DNA of 64,000 nucleotides from Candidatus Latescibacterota bacterium. GTDB lineage: Bacteria > Latescibacterota > UBA2968 > UBA8231. Both the position numbers and the translations under genes were made by a program. Below are positions 1 through 9,494 of the stretch, piece by piece. Where the stretch lies: the NCBI GenBank assembly GCA_965208105.1, contig OZ242318.1, forward strand, positions 1,696,001-1,760,000, written 5' to 3'. Each line of letters opens with the position of its first letter. Position 1 is the first letter of the stretch. Under the pieces are notes generated by a model, which was given only the letters and a program-made list of their open reading frames with translations, had not been told where the DNA came from and made no database searches.

Positions 1-285
1 TTCGGGTTCCAGTTGGAGGACGCGCTCCCAGGCGCGGACGGACTTCGCATACAGACTGAAGTAAGCAGATAGGGTTGCCAAACGGCGATGGGCCTCGGCG
101 ACCGCAGGATTCAGGCTGCGAGCAGTGTCGTAGCGGGCCATGGCGCGCTCAAACCGCACGGCCTCCACGTCCGCAGCTGCGTCCGCCATCAGTTCGAGGT
201 GCGGGCGCCCGGGGTCGCAGCCTGCAACAACCGCCATGCCTGCCCATGAAACAGCCATGAACCTTTTCTTCGCACAAAAGACCAT
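1..285 (-). CDS. TPR-repeat lipoprotein, partial (runs off window start; not in ORF track)
   Basis: Manual translation from ATG at 285 (RBS GGGAG): MVFCAKKRFMAVSWAGMAVVAGC (lipobox VAGC), then TPR-like helices ERAMARYDTARSLNPAVAEAHRRLA...WERVLQLEPE; frame open to position 1. Confidence 0.75.
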   Translation of the reverse strand, partial: MVFCAKKRFMAVSWAGMAVVAGCDPGRPHLELMADAAADVEAVRFERAMARYDTARSLNPAVAEAHRRLATLSAYFSLYAKSVRAWERVLQLEPE

Positions 286-306
286 TTGGCTCCCGGGTAA
301 AAACCT

Positions 307-3261
307 TTATAACAACGGTCCGAACTCGGTAAACCCGGTCAAGACCCGCACAAAGAACGACCAGGTATCATACTCCTCCCCCTGCCGCAACCGATCGTCG
401 TAGTCCAGGCTGTCCCCTTTGAGACCTATGATGGTGTGAAGATCGTATCCGCGGTAGGCGGAGCGGTTGGCAAGGGTGGCAAAGGCGGTGCGGCGCTCGA
501 GATTGTCGCGGTTCCGTACCCGGTCATGTCTTCTGTAGGGCAGTGCACCCAAACCTTGCAAGCCAACCCTCAAGGTGGTGCGTCGGAAAATGGGATACTT
601 GATGCGCAGGATGGGGATCAGACTGAGCTCCGAGCGCAGGGCCCGGGGTGCATAGGTACCGGTAACCAGGCGGTCCGCATCCTGGTCCACGTGATGCAGG
701 AGCAGGACTTTGCACTGCGGCCGAACCGTGAGGTTTCCCCAAATGACAGTGTACTCGGCCCGTTGAACCAAAGTCCAGTAGTCCAGCCTTCTGGCGCGCT
801 GATCCTCTTGACCCTGTTGCCAGTTGACCCGAAGCCTCCACTTGTTCACCCACCGCAGGGCGGACCACGGCTGCAGCTCCGCTTCGAGATAGATCTCGTT
901 GACGTAGCTATCCCGATAGGACAGGGGATCTGCCTGAATCTGACTAATGAAGGTTCGAGGGGTATTGTCATCTGGTAAAGTGGGATTCTGCGGTTGCTCA
1001 ACCAGAATAGCGAACTCATCGGCAATATCGTCCTCAACTCGCCGCATATAGTTTTCAAGGAGGAGACGCCAGCGCTCCCTGGTGTCCCGGCCGCGGAAGG
1101 TCAGCAGGGCATAGCTGGAGCGATTGCGCCCGTCACCGGCGACCTCCTCCACCGCAAAACGGCCGGCAGTTGCTGACCACCCGGATCTCGGTCCGACCTG
1201 CAGGAAGAGATGATACCCCCGCTGGCCGGGGAAATAGGGGTAGTCTGGACGGAGATCGTCTTCGCGGAAATCCGGCTCGTCGTTGTGGTTGCGATCCAAC
1301 CCGTAGACATACTCGTTCGGTTCCACCTCGAACATGAGAAATGGCTCTTCGTAGTCGGGTATGCGGTTGAAGTTGCGATTGGTGTCGGGAATACCGTCGC
1401 GGTCCTCGTCGCGGCCGGGGAAAACCCCGTCCGGATCGGTCGCTTCAAAATCAGGCACATGGCCAAGGGGCTGACCCATGCGCGTATCGGTGAAGCGGTC
1501 GCCGTCGTCGTTGTCCTGCACAAGCTGCCAGTACAGGGTGCGATTTCTCACTCCCTGTAGATGAATTGGAAAAAAGTCGGCCCCGGTGGGAAGATGGTGG
1601 CGGAGCTCGGTAGTGAAATCCGGCTGAATCGAGAAGTACTCCAGCCCCACGCGGCCGCGGTCCAACCTGCGAGCAGCATTTACGAAGTAGGCAGCCCCCG
1701 TTTCTCTGGAGCGGGATCCCTTTTCAAAAAAAGGCTTCTGCTCGACTTCGGCCGGATAGCGGGAGTAGCGCCGCGAGCGGGCCACCTCTCCGTGCACTTC
1801 CATACCCACAAGGCTCAGGTGGGCATCGGCGCTGTAGGTAAACAGGGCGGTATTTTCGCCCACCTCCAGTCGCACCCGTTGCAAATTGGAGCGGTCCTGC
1901 ACATTGCCCTTTGCCCGCAGCGCCGTGTGGTAATAGGTGGTATTGAACTGGGCGTAGCGCTTGCGGGCGCGAGGGTCCTCGTCGATCAAGGTGGCCACGT
2001 CCACCTTGTAGTCGTTGGACAGGACGACCTCCAGCTCCACCGATTCGACGAAGGGCTCCCGGGAAATGTCGAAGAGGTAGACGAGCTGGTCGTTTCCGTC
2101 GGCCTGCAGAACCTCGTCGGATGACTCAACTCGAAACAACTCGATCAAACTCTCCAGGTTCGTATCCGCGCTCACGTTTTCACCGTGCAGGTGGTCGATG
2201 CGGTAGAGATAGTCGGCGTACAAAGGCACTTCCCGGTTACGGTAGAAAAGGGAGGACTCAGTTTCACCCACGCTGCGAAACTGGTGGTAGGGAAAGGCGC
2301 GGAATTCACCAGTAGCTTGAGACACGGTTCCAACCTGGGAAGGGACGCCTGCCCGATGGCGAATCACCCGAGCCTGGAGGTCGGACCGCGGAACGCCGTT
2401 GACGATTAGCACGGGTTCCTGGACGACGGCTCCGCCGCGGCCGTCATCAGGGGAGTCGTCGGTAAATCGAAAGAGGACCCATCCGATGAGAGGCTGGCTG
2501 GGCCGTAACACGCCTTTCAAGGTGTTGCCGCTCGCGGTGCTGCGGAACATGTGCAGGTTGACGCCGGTAATTCCCAGTTGCAGTCTGCCCAGGTTTCCCT
2601 GCAAACGGCCTCCCAACAGCAGCGGGGAGGCGTCCGCAAACTCGGTGTTTTCGATGTACCAATTGGCACGTGCTACGCTATACCCCGGACGCTCCGGCCG
2701 GGAACCCAGCAAGGTGGCTTGGAGGGAGGGTGTGGCCAGGTCCACGCGCACCCCATCGAAATCGACCTTGGACAGGGTCAGCGGGGAGAAACGCGCAATT
2801 AGTGCATCTCCCAAAATTGCACTATAACCCCACGAACCCCGACTGTCCCGGGCAACAACAAGGTCGCCAAAAGCGTGCAAAAATACCCGGTAGTGTTTGA
2901 AGATCGAGCTGCCGTAGATATTGCCTCCGGCGGATGCTGCTTCTGGACCGCGCCGCTCGGTCCAGGCATAGAGATCATACCCGGTGGTGAGATAATCTCC
3001 CATGGAACTGTAAATGACTCGCGGCGCGTCGGAGTAGATCGTCCCGTCGGATCGGAACGCGGTGTGTCCCGGGTAGTTGGTGTAGGGCTGAAAGGCGAAG
3101 TTGCGATAGGAGGGAAGGGATGCCCTCAGGTAGAATTGCCGCGGCATTACCTCTGACAGGTGCACTTGTTGAGGTGGAGAAGCCCCGACCAGGATTGGAA
3201 AACAGACGAGGATGAGGAGGAATTGCCCAGCTGGGAGCAGTTTCGAGTTTTTTTCAATCAT
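307..3261 (-). CDS. Large secreted/outer-membrane protein of unknown family, paralog P1 (most divergent)
   Basis: 984 aa ORF with N-terminal hydrophobic signal; shares RFSPLTLSK, YWQLVQDNDDGDRF, GLDRNHNDEPD and C-terminal GFTEFG with four other genes in the window. Confidence 0.85.
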   Translation of the reverse strand: MIEKNSKLLPAGQFLLILVCFPILVGASPPQQVHLSEVMPRQFYLRASLPSYRNFAFQPYTNYPGHTAFRSDGTIYSDAPRVIYSSMGDYLTTGYDLYAWTERRGPEAASAGGNIYGSSIFKHYRVFLHAFGDLVVARDSRGSWGYSAILGDALIARFSPLTLSKVDFDGVRVDLATPSLQATLLGSRPERPGYSVARANWYIENTEFADASPLLLGGRLQGNLGRLQLGITGVNLHMFRSTASGNTLKGVLRPSQPLIGWVLFRFTDDSPDDGRGGAVVQEPVLIVNGVPRSDLQARVIRHRAGVPSQVGTVSQATGEFRAFPYHQFRSVGETESSLFYRNREVPLYADYLYRIDHLHGENVSADTNLESLIELFRVESSDEVLQADGNDQLVYLFDISREPFVESVELEVVLSNDYKVDVATLIDEDPRARKRYAQFNTTYYHTALRAKGNVQDRSNLQRVRLEVGENTALFTYSADAHLSLVGMEVHGEVARSRRYSRYPAEVEQKPFFEKGSRSRETGAAYFVNAARRLDRGRVGLEYFSIQPDFTTELRHHLPTGADFFPIHLQGVRNRTLYWQLVQDNDDGDRFTDTRMGQPLGHVPDFEATDPDGVFPGRDEDRDGIPDTNRNFNRIPDYEEPFLMFEVEPNEYVYGLDRNHNDEPDFREDDLRPDYPYFPGQRGYHLFLQVGPRSGWSATAGRFAVEEVAGDGRNRSSYALLTFRGRDTRERWRLLLENYMRRVEDDIADEFAILVEQPQNPTLPDDNTPRTFISQIQADPLSYRDSYVNEIYLEAELQPWSALRWVNKWRLRVNWQQGQEDQRARRLDYWTLVQRAEYTVIWGNLTVRPQCKVLLLHHVDQDADRLVTGTYAPRALRSELSLIPILRIKYPIFRRTTLRVGLQGLGALPYRRHDRVRNRDNLERRTAFATLANRSAYRGYDLHTIIGLKGDSLDYDDRLRQGEEYDTWSFFVRVLTGFTEFGPLL

Positions 3262-3355
3262 CAGGAGTGCCGGCCTTTACCCCGGATGCCAAGAAGCAAC
3301 TCAGTGCAAAACCCCAGGAGCCTAACTTCCTGCCGCGGAAAAAATAGCAATTGTC

Positions 3356-3384
3356 AAAATAATTTTAAACTGTTCCCATGTCAA
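3356..3384 (-). promoter_or_regulatory. Possible sigma70 promoter for P1
   Basis: TTGACA-N17-TATTTT on the minus strand in an AT-rich patch upstream of P1. Confidence 0.35.
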
Positions 3385-3480
3385 TAAAAACGGAACTTGC
3401 CCCTGGTGTGTTGCGATCCCCTTCAAAATTCACTCCAAACTATAACATCTTCTCGGAGGCAGCTGATTCCCGAACCCTGT

Positions 3481-4314
3481 TCATCCCCCCGCCGCCCGGA
3501 TGATCTCCGCGACCCTGTCGGCGAAGCGCAGCTGGCTGTCGTCCTCCGGCGCGTAGCCGATCACGCGGCGGGCATTGGCCAGGCTCCAGAAGTTGTGGGC
3601 GTTGCCGCTGATGCCGTAGAAGATCTGGAAGGGCACGCCGTCGGGGTCGCGGATGTCCTCGGTCTCAATGCTCCTGACCACCAGTTGCACCTGGTCGCGC
3701 ACGCTGAGGTAGGCCCCCAGGCCGCGGTGCATCTTCTGCAGATCCCCGGGGTCGCAGTTGTCCATGTCCGTTTCCCGGGGACCGCCGATGCGCAGCTGCA
3801 CGTTCTCCAGCGCCGGCCCTTCCTTGCCGCAGGCAAAGAGGAAGCCCAGGAGCTCGTAGGAGGCCTTGGCCCAGCCGTAGAAGTTGTCCGACCGGGGCAG
3901 CATGCCGGGGGTGACGAAGTCCAGCCGCCCCGACCAGATCAGGTTCTCGTAGTAGTCGGCGGCGTGGTTGGAGCTGATGATCACCGCCCGCCGCACGCCC
4001 TCCTCCTGGCACACCCGGTAGACGTTGTGGGCCATGGTGATATTGTCGGACTCGGTCCAGAAGCGCTGCTTACCTTCGGCGCTGCGGACGAAGCCGCAGT
4101 GGACCACGGCGTCGGCTCCGCTGAAGTAGCGGCGGTAGGCGTCGCGGTCGCGCTCCAGCAGGTCGACGGTCTGAATTCTCCTCACTTCCCGTCCTTCGCG
4201 GTCGGTCCTTTTCACGTCCAGAAGCACGGTATCGTAGCGCTCCTGCAGTGCCGGCAGCATGCGTCCGGCGACGTAGCCCGCGGCTCCGGTGACGACGATT
4301 GTGCGCTTTTTCAT
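3481..4314 (-). CDS. NAD-dependent epimerase/dehydratase (extended SDR, uronate dehydrogenase-like)
   Basis: MKKRTIVVTGAAGYVAG Rossmann motif, SSNHA, catalytic YGWAK; start moved to ATG 4314 (RBS GAGGTGGAG). Confidence 0.85.
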   Translation of the reverse strand: MKKRTIVVTGAAGYVAGRMLPALQERYDTVLLDVKRTDREGREVRRIQTVDLLERDRDAYRRYFSGADAVVHCGFVRSAEGKQRFWTESDNITMAHNVYRVCQEEGVRRAVIISSNHAADYYENLIWSGRLDFVTPGMLPRSDNFYGWAKASYELLGFLFACGKEGPALENVQLRIGGPRETDMDNCDPGDLQKMHRGLGAYLSVRDQVQLVVRSIETEDIRDPDGVPFQIFYGISGNAHNFWSLANARRVIGYAPEDDSQLRFADRVAEIIRAAGG

Positions 4315-4361
4315 GGTCTCCACCTCGATTGGGGGTTTGAGTTGAAGGTTGCGATGCGCCG

Positions 4362-4383
4362 GCGTCCCTGCCGGCAGGGACGC
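4362..4383. repeat. Perfect 22-bp palindrome (REP-like) in divergent intergenic region
   Basis: GCGTCCCTGCCGGCAGGGACGC is its own reverse complement. Confidence 0.5.
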
Positions 4384-4527
4384 AGCCCTTTCAGCCAGCC
4401 GCATGTCCGTACGCCCCGGAAAACAGAGGCCTGCGGTGCGTCGCCGGCCCTGGCGCCCCAGCTTTCCAACACCGCCCAGGCGCCTTATCATTCAGATATT
4501 GAAGAATATACCAATCAGGGGAGCCCC

Positions 4528-5949
4528 TTGAACATCCGCCTCAAAAGATCCCACCTTCTGGTTCTGCTTTTGGCGGCTGCCTGCGCCGCCGCCCTCGTCC
4601 TGCTCAGGCCCTCCCCGCCGGCAACTCCCCCCGAGCTGCCCCAGGTCCTGCTGGGGAAGGACCCCGGCGTGGTCGCCCTGGTCGAAAAGGTCCTGGCCGA
4701 GGTGGCCGCCGATCCCAGCAACCCGGAGCTGCGCATGCGCCTGGGCTACGCCTACGAGGCCAATTTCCTCGACTCCCTCGCCCTGCTGAGCTATGAGCAG
4801 GCCCTTGCCTCCGATGCCGCCAGGCCCCGCTGGTGGTACCGCCTGGCCAGGGTCAAGACCCGGCTGGGGGACCGTTCCGGGGCCGTTGCCGCCGCCGAGC
4901 GCGCCGCCGCCTTGCATGCCGATCACGCGCCCCTGCACTGGCGCCTGGGATTCTGGTACCTGGACCAGGGCCAGCTCGAGAAGGCCCGAAGCTCCTTCGA
5001 CCGCGCCAGTGCCCTGAAGCCCGACGCCGCCCCCGGGCACTGGGGGCTCGCCCGGGTCATGCTGCAGAGCCGCCGCCCCGAGCGCGCCGCGGCCATCCTA
5101 GAAGCCCTTTTGGAGCGAAGGCCCGACGACGCCTACGCCCGCCTGCTCCTGGGGACCGCCTACCGCCAAATGGGGCGGCCGGGGGATGCCAGGCTCGAGC
5201 TCGAGCGCGGCGCCGGCGCATCCCCCAGGTGGCGCGACGCCTGGGACGAGGAGATGGACAGCTACCGGCAGGGGCTGGTGGTGGAGCTGGGCAAGGCAAC
5301 CCGCCTCGCCGACGAAGGCCGGCCCGACGCGGCCATCCCCATTATGGAGGAGCTGTGCAGGAAGTACCCCCAGGACCCGCGCCTCTTCGACAGGCTCGGC
5401 GGCCTCTACCTCGAAACGCAGCGCTACAAGCAGGCCCTGTCCACCTTCGAGGAGGGGCTTAGACACCATCCAGACAATGCCTGGTTCCACCTGAAATCGG
5501 GAGCCCTGCAGGCGGAGATGGGCAATCATGCCGAGGCCCTGGGGAGCCTGGACCGGGCGGTCGCCCTCGACTCCACCCTGGGTGCGGCGCACCAGAGACG
5601 GGGCCGGGTTCTGATGGAGACGCGGCGCCACGCCGAAGCCGCCGAAGCCTTCGCCCGGGCCCTGCGCCAAGATCCCCGCAACGCCACCCTCCACCTGGAG
5701 CTGGGCCTGGCCCGCTACGAGCTCGGGCAGTTCGCCGCCGGGCTGGTCAATTTGCGCCGCGCGGTGGAGCTCGACTCGACCCGCGCCCGGACCTTCGTCG
5801 CCCTGGGCCTGACCCAGGCGAGGCTGGGCGCCCTCGACGGCGCCCAGCGGTCGCTGCGGCGCGCCGCCGCCCTCGAACCCCATTTCCCCCGGTTGGGAGC
5901 CTACCAGGACCAGGTGCGGGAGATGCGAAGCCAGGGGAGCGATCCGTGA
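4528..5949 (+). CDS. Tetratricopeptide-repeat protein with N-terminal membrane anchor/signal
   Basis: TTG start after GGGGAG; hydrophobic LLVLLLAAACAAALVLL followed by many TPR units; the upstream part of the 850-aa ORF is antisense shadow of the SDR gene. Confidence 0.85.
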   Translation: MNIRLKRSHLLVLLLAAACAAALVLLRPSPPATPPELPQVLLGKDPGVVALVEKVLAEVAADPSNPELRMRLGYAYEANFLDSLALLSYEQALASDAARPRWWYRLARVKTRLGDRSGAVAAAERAAALHADHAPLHWRLGFWYLDQGQLEKARSSFDRASALKPDAAPGHWGLARVMLQSRRPERAAAILEALLERRPDDAYARLLLGTAYRQMGRPGDARLELERGAGASPRWRDAWDEEMDSYRQGLVVELGKATRLADEGRPDAAIPIMEELCRKYPQDPRLFDRLGGLYLETQRYKQALSTFEEGLRHHPDNAWFHLKSGALQAEMGNHAEALGSLDRAVALDSTLGAAHQRRGRVLMETRRHAEAAEAFARALRQDPRNATLHLELGLARYELGQFAAGLVNLRRAVELDSTRARTFVALGLTQARLGALDGAQRSLRRAAALEPHFPRLGAYQDQVREMRSQGSDP

Positions 5950-7697
5950 AGTTCCCGGCCGATGTAGGCTATGTGGCCCTGCTCGTTTCCTCTCTCCTCG
6001 CCAGCGGCTGCGGCTCCATTGGGGAGGACCGGGAGCCGGCGGGAGAAGAAGGCAAGCCGGACCCCGCGCCCTGGTTCGATGAGGTGGCCGCAGCGCGCGG
6101 GATCGATTTCGTCTTCGAGTCCGGACACCGGGAGCGCCACTACATGCCCGAGAGCATGGCCGGCGGCGGAGCCCTCTTCGACATGGACGGGGACGGGGAC
6201 CTGGACGCCTACCTGGTGCAGGGGGGAAGGCTGGACGCCCTCCCCCGGGAGCGCCCCGGCAACCGGCTCTACCGCAACCTGGGTGGAGGCCGCTTCGCCG
6301 ACGTCACCGCAGGCAGCGGCGCCGACGACCGCGGCTACGGCATGGGGGCGGCCACCGGCGACTACGACAACGACGGCGACATGGACCTCTACGTCACCAA
6401 CGTGGGCGCCAACGTGCTGCTGCAGAACCAGGGCGGGGGACGCTTCGCCGACGTCACCGCATCCGCCGCCGTCGGCGATACCGCGTGGGGGGCGAGCGCC
6501 ATGTTCCTCGACTACGACAACGACGGCGACCTCGACCTCTTCGCCACCAACTACGTCACCTGGTCCATCCACCGCGACAAGGTCTGCCTGGGGCCGCTGG
6601 GGGCCCCCACCTACTGTCCCCCGGGACGCTCCAGGTGGAGCAATCCCACTCCCGACGTTCTCTATCGCAACAACGGCGACGGCACCTTCTCCGACGTTTC
6701 CGCGGAGTCGGGCATAGCCTCGGCCAAAGGCAACGGTCTCGGGGTGGTCAGCGGCGACTTTGACAACGACGGCCGCACCGATATCTTTGTCGCCAACGAC
6801 GGCACCGTGAACCACCTCTGGCTCAACCAGGGAGACGGCAGCTTCGTCGAGGACGCCATGCTGCGCGGCTGCGCCCGCGACGAGAGCGGCCAGGTCAAGG
6901 CCGGCATGGGGGTGGCCTCCGAGGACGTGGACGGCGACCTCAACTTCGACCTGCTGGTGGTCAACCTGCGCCAGCAAACGGATTCATTCTACCGCAACCG
7001 GGGAGCGTTCTTCAGCGACGAGACCGCGGCCGCGGGACTGGTCCTGGACAGCTTCGCCCTGACCCGCTTCGGGGTCGGGTTCACCGACTTCGACAACGAC
7101 GGGCTGCTGGACCTGTACATCGCCAACGGCCGCATCGACAACAGCAACAAAGTGATGTTCTCCTCCGATATCTTCGCCGAGCCCAACCTGCTGCTGCGCG
7201 GCCGACCGGGACTGCGCTTCCAGAAGGTGGAGCCCATGGGCGGGACCCGCGAGCTCCTGGTGCACACCAGCCGCGCCGCGGCCTTCGGCGACGTGGACGA
7301 CGACGGCGGCGTCGACGTGCTGGTGGTAAACCGCGACGGCCCCACCTACCTGCTGCGCAACGCGGTGGGAGGCAGGGGCGCCTGGATTGCCTTCGAGGTG
7401 CTCGATGCCGGGGGCAGCCCCTCCCTGGGCGCCAGACTCACCTTCAAGGTGGAAGAAAGGAAACTGATCAGGGAGGTGCGCACCGCCTACAGCTACCTGG
7501 CCGCCAGCGACCCCCGCGTTCACGTGGGCCTGGGCGGCGCCGGCGGGGTGTCGGAGGTGGAGGTGCGCTGGCCCGAGGGGCAAAGGGAATGGTTCGGCGA
7601 TTACGAGGCCGGCCAACGGGTGGTGCTGCGCCGCGGCCTCGGGCGAACCGGGCACCAGGCCGGCGCGAATGCAGCCAGCGTCCCGTCGCAGAGATAG
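5946..7697 (+). CDS. CRTAC1-family lipoprotein (FG-GAP/VCBS repeats + ASPIC/UnbV domain)
   Basis: Lipobox LASGC; repeated DxDxDGDxDL motifs; C-terminal SYLAASDPRVHVGLG...EVRWP; GTGA overlap with the TPR gene. Confidence 0.9.
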   Translation: MKFPADVGYVALLVSSLLASGCGSIGEDREPAGEEGKPDPAPWFDEVAAARGIDFVFESGHRERHYMPESMAGGGALFDMDGDGDLDAYLVQGGRLDALPRERPGNRLYRNLGGGRFADVTAGSGADDRGYGMGAATGDYDNDGDMDLYVTNVGANVLLQNQGGGRFADVTASAAVGDTAWGASAMFLDYDNDGDLDLFATNYVTWSIHRDKVCLGPLGAPTYCPPGRSRWSNPTPDVLYRNNGDGTFSDVSAESGIASAKGNGLGVVSGDFDNDGRTDIFVANDGTVNHLWLNQGDGSFVEDAMLRGCARDESGQVKAGMGVASEDVDGDLNFDLLVVNLRQQTDSFYRNRGAFFSDETAAAGLVLDSFALTRFGVGFTDFDNDGLLDLYIANGRIDNSNKVMFSSDIFAEPNLLLRGRPGLRFQKVEPMGGTRELLVHTSRAAAFGDVDDDGGVDVLVVNRDGPTYLLRNAVGGRGAWIAFEVLDAGGSPSLGARLTFKVEERKLIREVRTAYSYLAASDPRVHVGLGGAGGVSEVEVRWPEGQREWFGDYEAGQRVVLRRGLGRTGHQAGANAASVPSQR

Positions 7698-7733
7698 GTT
7701 GACGAAATTGGGCCGCCGAGGGGCCCGGCTCAC
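7677..7733 (+). repeat. Degenerate copy of the MITE-like element left end
   Basis: cagcGTCCCGTCGCAGAGATAgGT...CCGCCGA...CCCGGCTCAC matches the element ends at 15785-15843 and 33977-34035. Confidence 0.55.
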
Positions 7734-7754
7734 AAACGCAACAGGAGAGACGCC

Positions 7755-8576
7755 ATGAAGACCGAACTGAGGCAGGAGCAGATCGATTCCTACCAGCGCG
7801 AAGGCTGGATCATCGTCGAGGACTTCCTCGACGCCGCAGAGCTGCAGGAGCTCTGCGACGGGGTGGAGGAATCGGTGCGGCAGATGGGCAACAGAAAGAT
7901 CACCGGCAAGGGCAACGAGATGATCGTCGACGGCAGGGACGAGTACTACGATCGGGTCTTCCTGCAGCGCCTGAACATGTGGAGGATCAACCCCACGGTC
8001 AGGAAGTACATGCTCGACCCCGGGCTCGGGGAGATGCTCTGCAAGCTCTCCGGAAACGACGGCATCCGCGTGTGGCACGACCAGACTCTGCAAAAGCGTC
8101 CCTGGGACAACCCCACCTCGTGGCACATAGACGTTCCCAACTGGTCATTCCACTCGCCCAACGCCATCTCCATCTGGATCGCCATGGACGACGCCACCGT
8201 CCAGAACGGCTGTCTCTACTACATTCCCGGCTCGCACAAGATCGCCAAATACGAAAAGAAGGGTCACTTTCGCCACCAGATCGACTTCCTCTTCGAGGAG
8301 TACCCCGAGTTCCGCCGCATCGAGCCGGTGGCCGCCGCCATGAAAGCCGGCTCGGCGGGCATCCACAACGGCCTCATGGCGCACGCGGCCGGACCGAACA
8401 TGACTCATTCCCCGCGCCGCGCCATGACCTGCGCCTACATGCCCGACGGTGCGGTCTTCAACGGCATTCCGAACATCCTCACCGACGAGCAGGTGGCCTC
8501 TCTCAACCCCGGCGACCCGCTCGACGACGAGAGCCAGACCCCCCTGGTGTGGTCGCGCCACAAGGCCCCGGCCTGA
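7755..8576 (+). CDS. Phytanoyl-CoA dioxygenase (PhyH) family Fe(II)/2OG oxygenase
   Basis: YQREGWIIVEDFL start, WHID (HxD) motif, NGCLYYIPGSH, distal His in LMAH. Confidence 0.9.
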   Translation: MKTELRQEQIDSYQREGWIIVEDFLDAAELQELCDGVEESVRQMGNRKITGKGNEMIVDGRDEYYDRVFLQRLNMWRINPTVRKYMLDPGLGEMLCKLSGNDGIRVWHDQTLQKRPWDNPTSWHIDVPNWSFHSPNAISIWIAMDDATVQNGCLYYIPGSHKIAKYEKKGHFRHQIDFLFEEYPEFRRIEPVAAAMKAGSAGIHNGLMAHAAGPNMTHSPRRAMTCAYMPDGAVFNGIPNILTDEQVASLNPGDPLDDESQTPLVWSRHKAPA

Positions 8577-8705
8577 TGGCTCTCGCCCGGTCCGGGAATG
8601 GCAGCCGACGACCGGGATTCCCGGGAAGTTTCAGCTTGGCCGCCGGTCCGCGGCGGCGGAGCGGAATGCCTGCCGGATCCCTGACAACCAGGAGGTGATC
8701 GACCC

Positions 8706-9494
8706 ATGCTCAGCCTTTCGGCGGACGACATCCGCTTCTTCAAAAGGGAAGGTTACCTGGTAAAGCGCGGCGTCCTCGATCCCGCGCTCATGGAGCGGGC
8801 GCGGGAGGCCATGTGGGAGGCGGCTCCTCCCGAGCTCGACCGCGACGATCCGGACACCTGGATCGGACCTCTGCCCAAGCGCAGCGACGAACACCGGAAC
8901 TACATCAGCGGCTACTACTGGAAATACCGCCAGATCGGCGCCGAGGACTGGATGGTGCGGCTGCTGGCCACCGACCCTTCGGTCTGGTGCGCCGCCGAGC
9001 GCCTGCTGGGCAAGAGCACCCTGCAGCAGCCCGAGCGCGTGCGCGGCATCTACTGCAACCTGCCAGAGGGCGGCGCTCCGGACAGCCCCCGCACCTGCCA
9101 CCTCGACGGCCACCCATTCCACCTCGGAGTGGTGGGCTATATCGACCGGGTTCCACCCCTGGGCGGCGGTTTCAAAGTCTGGGCCGGCAGCCACCGGCGC
9201 TTCTACTTCGACTATCACTGCCGCTACGGCAACCGCCCCACGGCGGACCTGGAGGAGGACCTGGCCTTCTACAACCGCCGCCCCTGCGTCGACATCGACG
9301 GCGAGGCCGGTGACGTCGTGTTCTGGCACCACCGCCTCGGACACGGATCGGGCCACAACCGCTCGCGCCGGATCCGCCTGGCGGTGTTCCACGACTACCT
9401 CAAGAAGGACCTGGACGAGAAGGTGGAGGCTCCCCTGCCCGAGGACATGTGGGAGGACTGGTCGGAGGAAGTCCGGAACGCTGACGCCTATTGA
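8706..9494 (+). CDS. PhyH family dioxygenase
   Basis: FFKREGYLVKRGVL, CHLD, GGFKVWAGSH, GDVVFWHHRLGH. Confidence 0.85.
   Translation: MLSLSADDIRFFKREGYLVKRGVLDPALMERAREAMWEAAPPELDRDDPDTWIGPLPKRSDEHRNYISGYYWKYRQIGAEDWMVRLLATDPSVWCAAERLLGKSTLQQPERVRGIYCNLPEGGAPDSPRTCHLDGHPFHLGVVGYIDRVPPLGGGFKVWAGSHRRFYFDYHCRYGNRPTADLEEDLAFYNRRPCVDIDGEAGDVVFWHHRLGHGSGHNRSRRIRLAVFHDYLKKDLDEKVEAPLPEDMWEDWSEEVRNADAY

Noticed and set aside
3397-4527. N-terminal 377 aa of the 850-aa ORF
   Set aside because: Antisense to the SDR gene; the real TPR protein starts at TTG 4528 with an RBS and signal sequence
6160-7340. Repeated GAC-rich DNA motifs suggesting a repeat array or CRISPR
   Set aside because: These are FG-GAP DxDxDG coding repeats; no constant repeat-spacer periodicity and no cas genes
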